A DNA stretch of 64,000 nucleotides, from positions 16,165 to 80,164 of the forward strand of contig NIVC01002375.1 of the NCBI GenBank assembly GCA_002269645.1. Reading direction: 5' to 3'. The DNA is from Macrostomum lignano (lineage: Eukaryota). The notes under the pieces were generated by a model. The model did not search any database, was not told the DNA's origin, and saw nothing but the letters and a program-made list of their open reading frames with translations. The position numbers and the translations under genes are program-made. Below, in pieces: positions 12,292 through 24,354 of the stretch (positions within the stretch are counted from its first letter, which is position 1; the number at the start of each line of letters is the position of its first letter).

Positions 12292-12848
12292 CAATGCCCA
12301 TATCCTTCATCTGTCGCTCTCTCTTCTCGGCCTTGGACAGGAAGGCTCTGGGATCGCTCAGGGCGTCCACAAAAGCGGCCAAGCCTTCGGGCACGTAGGT
12401 TTTCAAATCGATTCGACAGAAAATAGTCGGTAAAGACAGTGGGAAGTTGCCCTCAGTGCGCAGGCTGATGTGGCGGTAGCCGGCGCACAGGCCGTCAAGC
12501 GGCAGAATCCTCTGACCAATCAGTTTGCCAGTCTCCTCGTAAACTCCGATACGAATAACAGCCAAATCCGGTAGCACGATTTTACGAAACACGAATGGCT
12601 CTTCGTTGTAGACCGGATTAAGCCCGTTGCCGGGAACTATTCGAGTTCGAAATTCTCGCCTGATAGTGTCGGTGGGTAGGCCGTACATGTCCACCTCGAC
12701 GTAGGTGCCGATCTTCCGATCCGACAAGAACTGGCCGGACAGGATCTGGACCGAGCAGCTGGCGGCGATCACGCCATCGACTGGACTCTCCGAGAACGGG
12801 TCGAAATGACGGTCAGCTCGGCGCATAAAGTCCGGCTTGAGTAGGTAG
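12292..12848 (-). CDS. PLCB4: PLC-beta exon 16 (C2 domain and proximal CTD)
   Basis: [29 protein letters not shown]...[21 protein letters not shown]...[10 protein letters not shown]; donor |GTGAGG. Confidence 0.95.
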
Positions 12849-12899
12849 CTTTTTTGTACAGTTGGAACGGGATGGATGGATGAAATTTTTATTCGTGTG

Positions 12900-13850
12900 C
12901 TACTACTACTACTGCTACTGCTACTGCTACTACTACGACTACTACTACTACTACTGCTACTGCTACGACTACTACTACTACTGCTACTGCTACTACTACG
13001 ACTACTACTACTGCTACTGCTACTGCTACTACTACGACTACTGCTACTGCTACTGCTACTACTACGACTACTACTACTGCTACTACTACTACTGCTACTA
13101 CTACTACTGCTACTACTACTACTACTACTACTGCTACTGCTACTGCTACTACTACGACTACTACTACTACTACTGCTACTGCTACTGCTACTACTACGAC
13201 TACTACTACTACTACTGCTACTGCTACTACTACGACTACTACTACTACTACTGCTACTGCTACTGCTACTACTACGACTACTACTACTACTGCTACTGCT
13301 ACTACTACGACTACTACTACTGCTACTGCTACTACTACGACTACTACTACTACTACTGCTACTGCTACTGCTACTACTACGACTACTGCTACTGCTACTG
13401 CTACTACTACGACTACTACTACTGCTACTACTACTACTGCTACTACTACTACTGCTACTACTACTACTACTACTACTGCTACTGCTACTGCTACTACTAC
13501 GACTACTACTACTACTACTGCTACTGCTACTGCTACTACTACGACTACTACTACTACTACTGCTACTACTACGACTACTACTACTACTACTGCTACTACT
13601 ACTACTGCTACTACGACTACTACTGCTACTACTACTACTTCTACTACTACATACTACTACTACTTACTACTACTATTCCTACTTCTAATGTTTACTACTT
13701 CTTCTACTACTACTAATAAAACTACTACTACTACCACAAACTACTGCTACTACTAGTACTACTACTACTACTACTACCAATACTACTACTACTAGTACTA
13801 CTACTTCTACTACTACTACTACACACTACTACTACTAACTACTGCTACTA
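12900..13850 (+). repeat. Compound trinucleotide array (TAC/TGC/GAC)n filling PLC intron 15
   Basis: TAC repeats interspersed with TGC and GAC. Confidence 0.97.
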
Positions 13851-13879
13851 ATAGCAAGAGCAGCATTGTTAAAACTCAC

Positions 13880-14056
13880 CCGCAATTGCCGTTATACTCA
13901 AATTTGCCCTGATTCAGCTGCATAGCTAAATCGGGCGTTTGAAAATTTAACGCAACCATTTGGCAGCCGGCGTTCCAGAAAATTTGCGGCATAAAATTGC
14001 TGGAATCCACTCGATTGCCTCTGGGATAGATTCGACTCATCTGGCGCTTGTTGTAG
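13880..14056 (-). CDS. PLCB4: PLC-beta exon 15 (Y box)
   Basis: [59 protein letters not shown]; donor |GTGAGT. Confidence 0.95.
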
Positions 14057-14526
14057 CTTTATTATAGTTTACAGAGTTTCATTGATTGTTTGGTTAAGGA
14101 AAATAAAAAGCAATGCTTGCTACTTGCAGTAGCTAAATTAGCAGAATTTTTGAACTAATGATTTTACAACACAATTCTAAATGCAGTAAATAAGGAAGGT
14201 TAATCAAAACACGCAAACTACACTACTAGTAGATACTAGCACAGCAAGCAAGCACACTATAAAATAAAAGGATACGCAACGAAATCTGTTACAGATTTTT
14301 TGATGTAGCCAAGCGCAACGCCCTCGTTGAATGAGGACATGTGAAAGTGCTTGTTCACTTCTAAAATAGAATAAATTATTATATTGGAGGAACGTGCAGG
14401 TTATAAATGAGGATAAAGGAAAGCAGGTTTCGATGCTTTTACTGACAACATTAATGCTTGAATAGCACCAATACCGAAAGGGAAAGCCGATATAATTTAC
14501 AAGAAGATAATGGCTCACGGGCTTGA

Positions 14527-15205
14527 GGGGCAGAAAATCCCAGATAGAATAGTGGTGATAGGGGCCGGATAACCCCATTAACATAGTGGAGAGACAGGGG
14601 CGGAAAACCCAAATTAAATAGTGGTGATAGGGGCCGGATAACCCCATTAACATAGTGGAGACAGGGGCGGAAAACCCAAATTAAATAGTGGTGATAGGGG
14701 CCGGATAACCCCATTAACATAGTGGAGACAGGGGCGGAAAACCCAAATGAAATAGTGGTGATAGGGGGGCGGATAACCCCATTAACATAGTGGAGAGACA
14801 GGGGCGGAAAACCCAAATGAAATAGTGGTGATAGGGGGCCGGATAACCCTTATTAGCATAATGGAGACAGGGGCGGAAAACCGCATTAGCATAGTGGAGA
14901 CAGGGGCGGAAAACCCCATTAGCATAGTGGAGACAGGGGCGGAAAACCCCATTAGCATAGTGGAGACAGGGGCGGAAAACCGCATTAGCATAGTGGAGAC
15001 AGGGGCAGAAAAGCCCATTAGCATAGTGGAGACAGGGGCGGAAAACCCCATTAGCATAGTGGAGACAGGGGCGGAAAAGCCCATTAGCATAGTGGAGACA
15101 GGGGCGGAAAAGCCCATTAGCATAGTGGAGACAGGGGCGGAAAACCGCATTAGCATAGTGGAGACAGGGGCGGAAAAGCCCATTAGCATAGTGGAGACAG
15201 GGGGG
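14527..15205 (+). repeat. Minisatellite with about 65-bp units changing to 33-bp units (PLC intron 14)
   Basis: CATTAGCATAGTGGAGACAGGGGCGGAAAACCC; the longer left units add AAATTAAATAGTGGTGATAGGGGCCGGATAACCC. Confidence 0.95.
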
Positions 15206-15651
15206 TCTGAACAGTGGTGCAACTCAAATATATATTCAAATAAAAATTTCTAAATTCTAGATTCACAACACAGCTGAGAATAGGAAAAATATTCAACAAA
15301 GGTGACAAGGCAAAACATTAAAACAAAACACTTGTGCAAAGTAAAAAAAATTCACCAATATTTTATAGCCTGACCTACTTTGCCTTTCAATTAAGACTTA
15401 TTAAGAAATTCATGCTTAACAATTTTATAGAAGCAATAATAGCAAACTTCAAACCAAATATTTTCTATATTATATGCATTCATGCTAATTGCAATACATA
15501 CGTAAATACCACATATGCAAGTCGAGGAAATGAGGAACTATTATTAAATAGGTGCTACATAGCAACAACACCAATACTGAAGCCGAAAGATAAACTGCGT
15601 TTATAAACCTTTTGGTTCAATTAAAATAGACTGGAATCTTATAAAGGATAC

Positions 15652-15736
15652 TTGACAAACTCAATAGCCTCATTTCTGAGGTAGCCAAGACCAACAGTCT
15701 CGGAATATGAGGACATGTGGTAATGAATGTTTTCCT
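15652..15736 (-). CDS. PLCB4: PLC-beta exon 14 (Y box)
   Basis: (E)[27 protein letters not shown]; TTTCAG| and |GTATCC. Not in the ORF track. Confidence 0.9.
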
Positions 15737-15815
15737 CTGAAATTGTTTGTTAGGAATGCTCATTGCAGTGCGCTACTCGCTCAGAATGACGCAGTAGTGT
15801 TAACACAGCAATATG

Positions 15816-18192
15816 GGCTATTTGAGGCCATACTCAAGGCTAATTTGAGGTCATTCTCAAGGCTAATTTGAGGCCATTCTCAAGGCTAATTTGAGGTCAT
15901 TCTCAAGGCTAATTTGAAGTCATTCTCAAGGCTAATTTGAGGTCATTCTCAAGGCTAATTTGAGGTCATTATCAATGGCTAATTTGAGGTCATTCTCAAT
16001 GGCTAATTTGAGGTCATTATCAATGGCTAATTTGAGGTCATTCTCAATGGCTAATTTGAGGTCATTCTCAATGGCTAATTTGAGGCCATTCTCAAGACTA
16101 ATTTGAGGTCATTATCAATGGCTAATTTGAGGTCATTCTCAATGGCTAATTTGAGGCCATTCTCAATGGCTAATTTGAGGCCATTCTCAAGACTAATTTG
16201 AGGTCATTATCAATGGCTAATTTGAGGCCATTATCAATGGCTAATTTGAGGCCATTCTCAATGGCTAATTTGAGGCCATTCTCAAGACTAATTTGAGGTC
16301 ATTATCAATGGCTAATTTGAGGTCATTCTCAATGGCTAATTTGAGGCCATTCTCAAGACTAATTTGAGGTCATTATCAATGGCTAATTTGAGGTCATTCT
16401 CAATGGCTAATTTGAGGTCATTATCAATGGCTAATTTGAGGTCATTCTCAATGGCTAATTTGAGGTCATTCTCAATGGCTAATTTGAGGTCATTATCAAT
16501 GGCTAATTTGAGGTCATTCTCAATGGCTAATTTGAGGTCATTCTCAATGGCTAATTTGAGGCCATTCTCAAGACTAATTTGAGGTCATTATCAATGGCTA
16601 ATTTGAGGTCATTCTCAATGGCTAATTTGAGGTCATTATCAATGGCTAATTTGAGGTCATTCTCAATGGCTAATTTGAGGTCATTCTCAATGGCTAATTT
16701 GAGGCGATTCTCAAGACTAATTTGAGGTCATTATCAATGGCTAATTTGAGGTCATTCTCAATGGCTAATTTGAGGTCATTCTCAATGGCTAATTTGAGGC
16801 TATTCTAAAGGCTAATTTGAGGCCATTCTCAATGACTGATTTGAGGCTATTCTCAATGACTGATTTGAGGCCATTTTCAATGACTGATTTGAGGCTTTTC
16901 TAAATGACTGATTTGAGGCCATTTTCAATGACTGGTTTGAGGCCATTCTCAAGACTGATTTGAGGCTATTCTCAATGACTGATTTGAAGCTATTCTAAAT
17001 GACTGATTTGAGGCTATTCTAAATGACTGATTTGAGGCTATTCTAAATGACTGATTTGAGGCCATTTTCAATGACTGATTTAAGGCCATTCTCAATGACT
17101 GATTTGAGGCCATTCTCAATGACTGATTTGAGGTCATTATCAATGGCTAATTTGAGGTCATTCTCAATGGCTAATTTGAGGCTATTCTCAATGACTGATT
17201 TGAGGCCATTTTCAATGACTGATTTGAGGTCATTCTCAATGGCTAATTTGAGGCCATTCTCAAGGCTAATTTAAGGGTCACTCTCAATGACTGATTTAAG
17301 GCCATTCTCAAGGCTAATTTGAGGGCATTCTCAAGGCTAATTTGAGGGCATTCTCAATGACTGATTTGAGGTCATTCTCAATGGCTAATTTGAGGTCATT
17401 CTCAAGGCTAATTTGAGGTCATTCTCAAGGCTAATTTGAGGCCATTCTCAAGGCTAATTTGAGGTCATTCTCAATGACTGATTTGAGGTCATTCTCAATG
17501 GCTAATTTGAGGGCATTCTCAAGGCTAATTTGAGGGCATTCTCAAGGCTAATTTGAGGGCATTCTTAAGGCTAATTTGAGGTCATTCTCAATGACTGATT
17601 TGAGGCCATTTTCAATGACTGATTTGAGGCCATTCTCAATGACTGATTTGAGGCCATTCTCAATGACTGGTTTGAGGACATTCTCAATGACTGATTTGAG
17701 GACATTCTCAATGACTGGTTTGAGGACATTCTCAATGACTGGTTTGAGGCCATTCTCAATGACTGGTTTGAGGACATTCTCAATGACTGGTTTGAGGACA
17801 TTCTCAATGACTGGTTTGAGGACATTCTCAATGACTGGTTTGAGGCCATTCTCAATGACTGGTTTGAGGACATTCTCAATGACTGGTTTGAGGACATTCT
17901 CAATGACTGGTTTGAGGCCATTCTCAATGACTGATTTGAGGCCATTCTCAATGACTGGTTTGAGGCCATTCTCAATGACTGATTTGAGGCCATTCTCAAT
18001 GACTGGTTTGAGGCCATTCACAATGACTGGTTTGAGGCCATTCACAATGACTGGTTTGAGGCCATTCTCAATGACTGGTTTGAGGACATTCTCAATGACT
18101 GGTTTGAGGCCATTCACAATGACTGGTTTGAGGCCATTCACAATGACTGGTTTGAGGCCATTCTCAATGACTGGTTTGAGGACATTCTTAAT
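15816..18192 (+). repeat. 24-bp minisatellite (PLC intron 13)
   Basis: GGCTAATTTGAGGTCATTCTCAAT grading into GACTGGTTTGAGG(A/C)CATTCTCAAT. Confidence 0.97.
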
Positions 18193-18443
18193 GTGACTGA
18201 TTTTCAATGCATAATTTTTGCGATTTTTCAGATGTAGACAATTGTGAGCGACGTCTTGGAGAAATGAATAAGGCTTAGTGTTTATCAGTCCGTTTTCTGA
18301 CAATTACTTTTAAGAATGTGCATTGTCTCGTATAACTCTAATTAGTAAATCTCATTTTAAAACTACGGTATAACAAAAATTAATTTAAAAAAAGAGCAAC
18401 CAATTAACGACTTAGATCTATGCTATTGTAAGTTTGAGCTCAC

Positions 18444-18585
18444 CTTCGGCGATATCAAAGCCTTGAAATTTGACAGGTTGAGCATAATTAACCATGGCCG
18501 ACAGCACCGGATGAATATTAGTGGTCGCTCCGGTGTAATGGTACTGGGCTAGCAGGCCCTGCTCTTCCTCTGCGCTTAGGGTGCC
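18444..18585 (-). CDS. PLCB4: PLC-beta exon 13 (start of Y box)
   Basis: [47 protein letters not shown]; TTGCAG| and |GTGAGC. Confidence 0.93.
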
Positions 18586-18615
18586 CTGCAATGCGGGGCC
18601 AGGATTTAAATTAAA

Positions 18616-19384
18616 TGATGAGGGGTGGGGAAGATGAGGGGTGGGGGAGGAAGAGGTGTGAGGGAGGATGAGGGGTGGGAGAGGATGAGGGGTGGGGAGG
18701 ATAAGGGGTGGGGGAGGATGAGGGGTGGGTGAGGATGAGGGGGTGGGGAGGATGAGGTGTGGGGGAGGATGAGGTGTGGGGGAGGATGAGGTGTGGGGGA
18801 GGATGAGGGGTGGGGGGATGAAGGGCTGGGGGAGGATGAGGTGTGAGGGAGGATGAGGGGTGGGGAGGATGAGGGGTGGGGGAGGATGAGGTGTGAGGGA
18901 GGATGAGGGGTGGGGGAGGATGAGGGGTGGGGAGGATGAAGGGTGGGTGAGGATGAGGGGTGGGGAGGATGAGGGGTGGGGGAGGATGAGGGGTGGGTGA
19001 GGATGAGGGGGTGGGGGAGGATGAGGTGTGGGGGAGGATGAGGTGTGGGGGAGGATGAGGGGTGGGTGAGGATGAGGGGTGGGGAGGATGAGGGGTGGGG
19101 AGGATGAAGGGTGGGTGAGGATGAGGGGTGGGGAGGATGAGGGGTGGGGAGGATGAGGGGTGGGTGAGGATGAGGGGGTGGGGGAGGATGAAGGGCTGGG
19201 GGAGGATGAGGTGTGGGGGAGGATGAGGGGGTGGGAGAGGATGAAGGGGTGCGGGAGGATGAGGGGTGGGGGAGGATGAGGTGTGGGGGAGGATGAAGGG
19301 GTGGGGGAGGATGAAGGGCTGGGGAAGGATGAGGGGTGGGGGAGGATGAGGTGTGGAGGAGGATTAGGTGTGGGGGAGGAGGAT
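18616..19384 (+). repeat. G-rich 16-19-bp minisatellite (PLC intron 12)
   Basis: GAGGATGAGGGGTGGG(G) variants. Confidence 0.95.
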
Positions 19385-19522
19385 AGAGGACAGCGGTAGA
19401 ATCGGAGAACAGGTAGCAGTGCAGATGGCATGATGAAATCCCCATTGAGTTGAGAATGTTAACTAAATTCATGAAACAGTTGAGAATCTGGCCAAAGAGC
19501 TAGAAGCCAAATCAAGACAAAC

Positions 19523-19917
19523 CTTCGGTTTAGCATGCGGCACCTCGTCGATGCCAACATCGGTGGGCACGGCGCTGCCATTATTAGTAGTAGCCACAGC
19601 CGTCGAAGTTGCCGCGGTCAAATTAGTTAGAGAACTCGCAGGTACAGCGGTGGCGTCGGTTGGGGAAGTCGGCGAATTGGCCGTCACGGACGCTGCGGAG
19701 CCCTGGGAAACTGTGGCCGCCAGTGCCGGCTTGCTCGGCTGGGCGGCGGCAGGGGCGCCACCCTCCGGATGGGGATCGGTTTCCGCCTGACCGGTGAGTG
19801 GCGTCGGCTCCAGGTCGCTGAGGGGGCCGGCCTCGCCGTCCACAATGACTTGGGGATCTTCGGGTACTTCGACTTCGTCTATGACGGCTTGGCCTTTGAG
19901 GAACAGCTCGAGCTGGT
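19523..19917 (-). CDS. PLCB4: PLC-beta exon 12 (X-Y linker, low complexity)
   Basis: QLELFLKGQAVIDEVEVPEDPQ...DEVPHAKPK; CCGCAG| and |GTTTGT. Phases fit both neighbours (1 to 0). Confidence 0.8.
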
Positions 19918-19922
19918 CTGCG

Positions 19923-21336
19923 GATTAGGAAAGGGATTTTTTTTAAAATATGGGATTCTTTACAAAAGGGGGTTTTATTAGGAGTGGGGATTTTTTTAGG
20001 AATGGGAATTTCTACTAGAAATGCGGATTTCTATTAGTAATTAGGATTTCTATTAGGAATGGGGATTTCTATTAGGAATGGGGATTTCTATTAGAATTAG
20101 GGATTTCTATTAGGAATTGGGGATTTCTATTAGGAATTGGGGATTTCTATTAGGAATTGGGGATTTCTATTAGGAATGGGATTTCTATTAGGAATTGGGG
20201 ATTTCTATTAGGAATTGGGGATTTCTATTAGGAATTGGGGATTTCTATTAGGAATTGGGGATTTCTATTAGGAATGGGGATTTCTATTAGGAATTGGGGA
20301 TTTCTATTAGGAATGGGGATTTCTATTAGAATTAGGGATTTCTATTAGGAATTGGGGATTTCTATTAGGAATTGGGGATTTCTATTAGGAATTGGGGATT
20401 TCTATTAGGAATTGGGGATTTCTATTAGGAATTGGGGATTTCTATTAGGAATTGGGGATTTCTATTAGGAATGGGATTTCTATTAGGAATTGGGGATTTC
20501 TATTAGGAATTGGGGATTTCTATTAGAAATGGGGATTTCTATTAGAATTAGGGATTTCTATTAGGAATGGGATTTCTATTAGGAATTGGGGATTTCTATT
20601 AGGAATAGGGATTTTTATTACAATTGGGGATTTCTATTAGGAATGGGGATTTCTATTAGAATTAGGGATTTCTATTAGGAATTGGGGATTTCTATTAGGA
20701 ATTGGGGATTTCTATTAGGAATTGGGGATTTCTATTAGGAATGGGATTTCTATTAGGAATTGGGGATTTCTATTAGGAATAGGGATTTTTATTACAATTG
20801 GGGATTTCTATTAGGAATGGGGATTTCTATTAGAATTGGGGATTTCTATTAGGAATGGGGATTTCTATTAGGAATGGGGATTTCTATTAGGAATGGGGAT
20901 TTCTATTAGAATTAGGGATTTCTATTAGAATTAGGGATTTCTATTAGGAATTGGGTATTTCTATTAGAATTAGGGATTTCTATTAGAATTAGGGATTTCT
21001 ATTAGGAATTGGGTATTTCTATTAGAATTAGGATTTCTATTAGAATTAGGGATTTCTATTAGGAATGGGGATTTCTATTAGAATTAGGGATTTCTATTAG
21101 GAATTGGGGATTTCTATTAGGAATTGGGGATTTCTATTAGGAATTGGGGATTTCTATTAGGAATTGGGGATTTCTAATAGGAATGGGGATTTCTTTTAGG
21201 AATAGGGATTTATATTAGAAATGGGGTTTTCTAATAGGAATGGGGTTTTCTAATAGGAATGGGGATTTCTATTAGAATGGGGATTTCTATTAGAATTGGG
21301 GATTTTATTAAAATTGAGGATTCTCATCAGGAATGG
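19923..21336 (+). repeat. 19-20-bp minisatellite spanning almost all of PLC intron 11
   Basis: GGGGATTTCTATTAGGAAT(T). Confidence 0.97.
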
Positions 21337-21359
21337 TGAAGAAGATTTTAGTATCTCAC

Positions 21360-21450
21360 GTTTTTCCACATCTGACTTGAGCCGCTTATTTTTAATCAGA
21401 ATTTTGTACTTTAGCTTCTCGGGCGGCGGCAGCGGCATTCCAGGCTCAAG
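21360..21450 (-). CDS. PLCB4: PLC-beta exon 11 (end of X box)
   Basis: LEPGMPLPPPEKLKYKILIKNKRLKSDVEK; TTTTAG| and |GTGAGA. Confidence 0.92.
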
Positions 21451-21542
21451 CTAAAAATGGAATTCAATTTTTGTTATATTATTCTTTCAATAAATAGTTA
21501 ACTATATAACAGTGCAAATAACTTCTATTAATCTCTACTTAC

Positions 21543-21627
21543 AGGGTATTTCTCCAGCGGTTTACTCAACAAGAAGTCTCCAAGGATGTCTTCGCAATAC
21601 TTGGCCAGCTTGTATTGCTGAGCTTTG
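21543..21627 (-). CDS. PLCB4: PLC-beta exon 10 (X box)
   Basis: [28 protein letters not shown]; TTTACAG| and |GTAAGT. Confidence 0.92.
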
Positions 21628-21708
21628 CTGTAAAAAATTGAAGAAGATAATTAAAAACACTGACAATCCCTATTAAGATTGTTTCATATTAAATATTCAT
21701 CATCTTAC

Positions 21709-21788
21709 GAGCAATGATTCTCGAATGATAAAATGACGGGCCAAGCGGATGTAACAAATGCTGTGTCTCGAATAGCGTAGATCACATC
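21709..21788 (-). CDS. PLCB4: PLC-beta exon 9 (X box)
   Basis: [27 protein letters not shown]; TTTCAG| and |GTAAGA. Too short to appear in the ORF track. Confidence 0.93.
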
Positions 21789-21819
21789 CTGAAATAAAAA
21801 TTGAAAAAATGCATAAAAT

Positions 21820-22240
21820 TGGCACTACACTACTGAAGTCGAAATGATAGCAAAAAACAAGAAAAAAATAATTTTTCTAATTTGAAAGGTAGAAAATACT
21901 TTTAAAATCTTAGTACACTACTAATAAGTAAAAATGGCAGAAAAATGTAAGAAAATGACTTAACTTTTAGTAACGCTACTACAAAATAAGTAGAGCTGAG
22001 AATTTTACTAAAAATAATATTTTAGCAAAAATTACTTTAAATTCTGAGAAGGACACTACTAATAAATGAAAATGACGAAAAATGTGAGATAATTACTGAA
22101 TATTTCATTACACTACTAAATAAGTAGAACTGATAATTTTACGAAAAATGTTATTTTTTAATTGTTATTTATTATTTTTTCCGTAGAAATCACTCTAAAA
22201 TTCTTAGTACACTACTCATAAGTAGAAATGACAGAAAATA
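21820..22240 (+). repeat. Old degenerate AT-rich repeat in PLC intron 8
   Basis: Recurrent ACACTACTAATAAGTAGAAATGAC-like motif, about 5 copies. Confidence 0.55.
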
Positions 22241-22245
22241 ATCAC

Positions 22246-22550
22246 CTTAAACAAGATGTCGGTGCACATGGCTTTGCCGTGAGTGATAATTGGCTCCTGA
22301 TCGGGATCTTTGCCGTCCCAGCAATCCAATTCAATGCAACGACAGCCGGCTAATAGAACTTGCCGGTACATTTCTACCGAGCTTTTACCGCCAAACTGTC
22401 TACCAATCAGATAGGTATTGTGCGAACTATTAATGTAGTAGTGCGATAGTGGCTGGTCCATGTCGTGATGAATCTCCAGTTTGTCCAGGAATACAGGAGC
22501 ATTGTCGTCCGACATCAGATAGCGATAGAAACCCGCTATGCTAATTTGGC
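22246..22550 (-). CDS. PLCB4: PLC-beta exon 8 (catalytic X box)
   Basis: [19 protein letters not shown]...[12 protein letters not shown]...[11 protein letters not shown] includes both catalytic His residues; TGCAG| and |GTGATT. Confidence 0.95.
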
Positions 22551-22669
22551 CTGCATTCGAGTAGGGGTTGGGAGGCGTCTTAGCATATACGGACACATTT
22601 AGTGCTCTAGCTAAAGAGAATTGGTGCTCTGAGGACACATTTTACGAATCGGAGAAACTTATTGTTGCC

Positions 22670-23278
22670 TAGAGACACGTTTAGCACCATACATACACAT
22701 TTCGCTTCATAGAGACACAATTCCTGTCATAGAGACACATTTGGAGCAATAGAAAAATTTAAAACAATCGAGCCACATTTAGGTCCATAGAGACACATTT
22801 AGGTTCATATAGATACATTTAGATCCATAGAGACACATTTAGGTTCATTTAGATACATTTAGGTTCATATAGATACATTTAGGTTCATATAGATACATTT
22901 AGATCTCCAGAGAGACATTTAGGCCCATATAGACACATTTAGGTTCATATAGATACATTTAGATCTATAGAGACACATTTAGGTTCATATAGACACATTT
23001 AGGTCCATAGAGACACATTTAAGTCCATAGAGACACATTTAAGTCCATATAGACACATTTAGGTCCATATAGACTCATTTAAGTCCATATAGACACATTT
23101 AAGTCCATATAAACACATTTAGGTCCATAGAGACACATTTAGGTCCATAGAGACACATTTAGGTCCATAGAGACACATTTAAGTCCATATAGACACATTT
23201 AAGTCCATATAGACACATTTAGGTCCATATGGACACATTTAGCACCATAGAGACACATTCAGCAGTCCAGAGAGACAC
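22670..23278 (+). repeat. 20-bp minisatellite (PLC intron 7)
   Basis: GACACATTTAGGTCCATAGA. Confidence 0.95.
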
Positions 23279-23297
23279 AAAGCACCCGATCACTCAC

Positions 23298-23565
23298 GAT
23301 TCTCTCTATTCTCCTCGCTAGGCTCGTACTGCTTGAGTATATTCTCAATCGTCAATTTATTAGCAAAAGGATAAAGAATTTCGTTAAGCCTCGGATCGCG
23401 CTGGGTAACGTTGAGAAATTCGACCATCTTGTCCTGACTGATCACGCTAGAGTTGTCGGTGCACAATTCATTGAACAGGTCTTCGATGTCCTGCCTGGGA
23501 CAGATTCGATGGTACAATTCGTAGAACTTGTCGAATGTGAAAGTGGCCGGAATTATCTCGTCATT
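23298..23565 (-). CDS. PLCB4: PLC-beta exon 7 (EF-hand region)
   Basis: NDEIIPATFTFDKFYELYHRICPRQDIEDLF...QRDPRLNEILYP; TTGCAG| and |GTGAGT. Confidence 0.92.
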
Positions 23566-23679
23566 CTGCAATTGCAACGATGAGGATTTATATAAAAAAA
23601 ACAACTTTTTATATTTTTTTAGCTTTCTTTGAAGAGTTTCTTTCGATGCTTTAATTTTACGCCTTACTAATAGACTAAT

Positions 23680-24354
23680 TTAGCGTCTCACTAATTGCCT
23701 AATTTAGGATCTCACTAACTGCCTAATTTGGCGACTCACTAATTGCCTAATTCGGCGACTCACTAATTGCCTGATTTTGCGCCTGACTAATTGCCTAATT
23801 GAGCGGCTCACTAACTGCCTAATTCGGCGACTCATTAATTGGCCTAATTTAACACCTCCCTAATTGCCTAACTCGGCGACTCACTAATTGCCTAATTCGG
23901 CGGCTCACTAATTGCCTAACTCGGCGACTCACTAATTGCCTAATTGGGCGGCTCACTAATTGCCTAACTCGGCGACTCATTAATTGGCCTAATTTTAACA
24001 CCTCCCTAATTGCCTAACTCGGCGACTCACTAATTGCCTAATTCGGCGGCTCACTAATTGCCTAACTCGGCGACTCACTAATTGCCTAATTGGGCGGCTC
24101 ACTAATTGCCTAACTCGGCGACTCATTAATTGGCCTAATTTTAACACCTCCCTAATTGCCTAACTCGGCGACTCACTAATTGCCTAATTGGGCGGCTCAC
24201 TAATTGCCTAATTGGGCGGCTCACTAATTGCCTAATAGGGCGGCTCACTAATTGCCTGATTCGGCGGCTCAATATTTGCATAATTTTTTACCTCACTACT
24301 TCACTAATTTGGCGACTCATTGATTGCCTAATTTTGTGCCCGACTAATTACCTT
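23680..24354 (+). repeat. 24-bp minisatellite (PLC intron 6)
   Basis: CTCACTAATTGCCTAA(C/T)TCGGCG(A/G); the last degenerate unit overlaps the splice donor. Confidence 0.93.
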
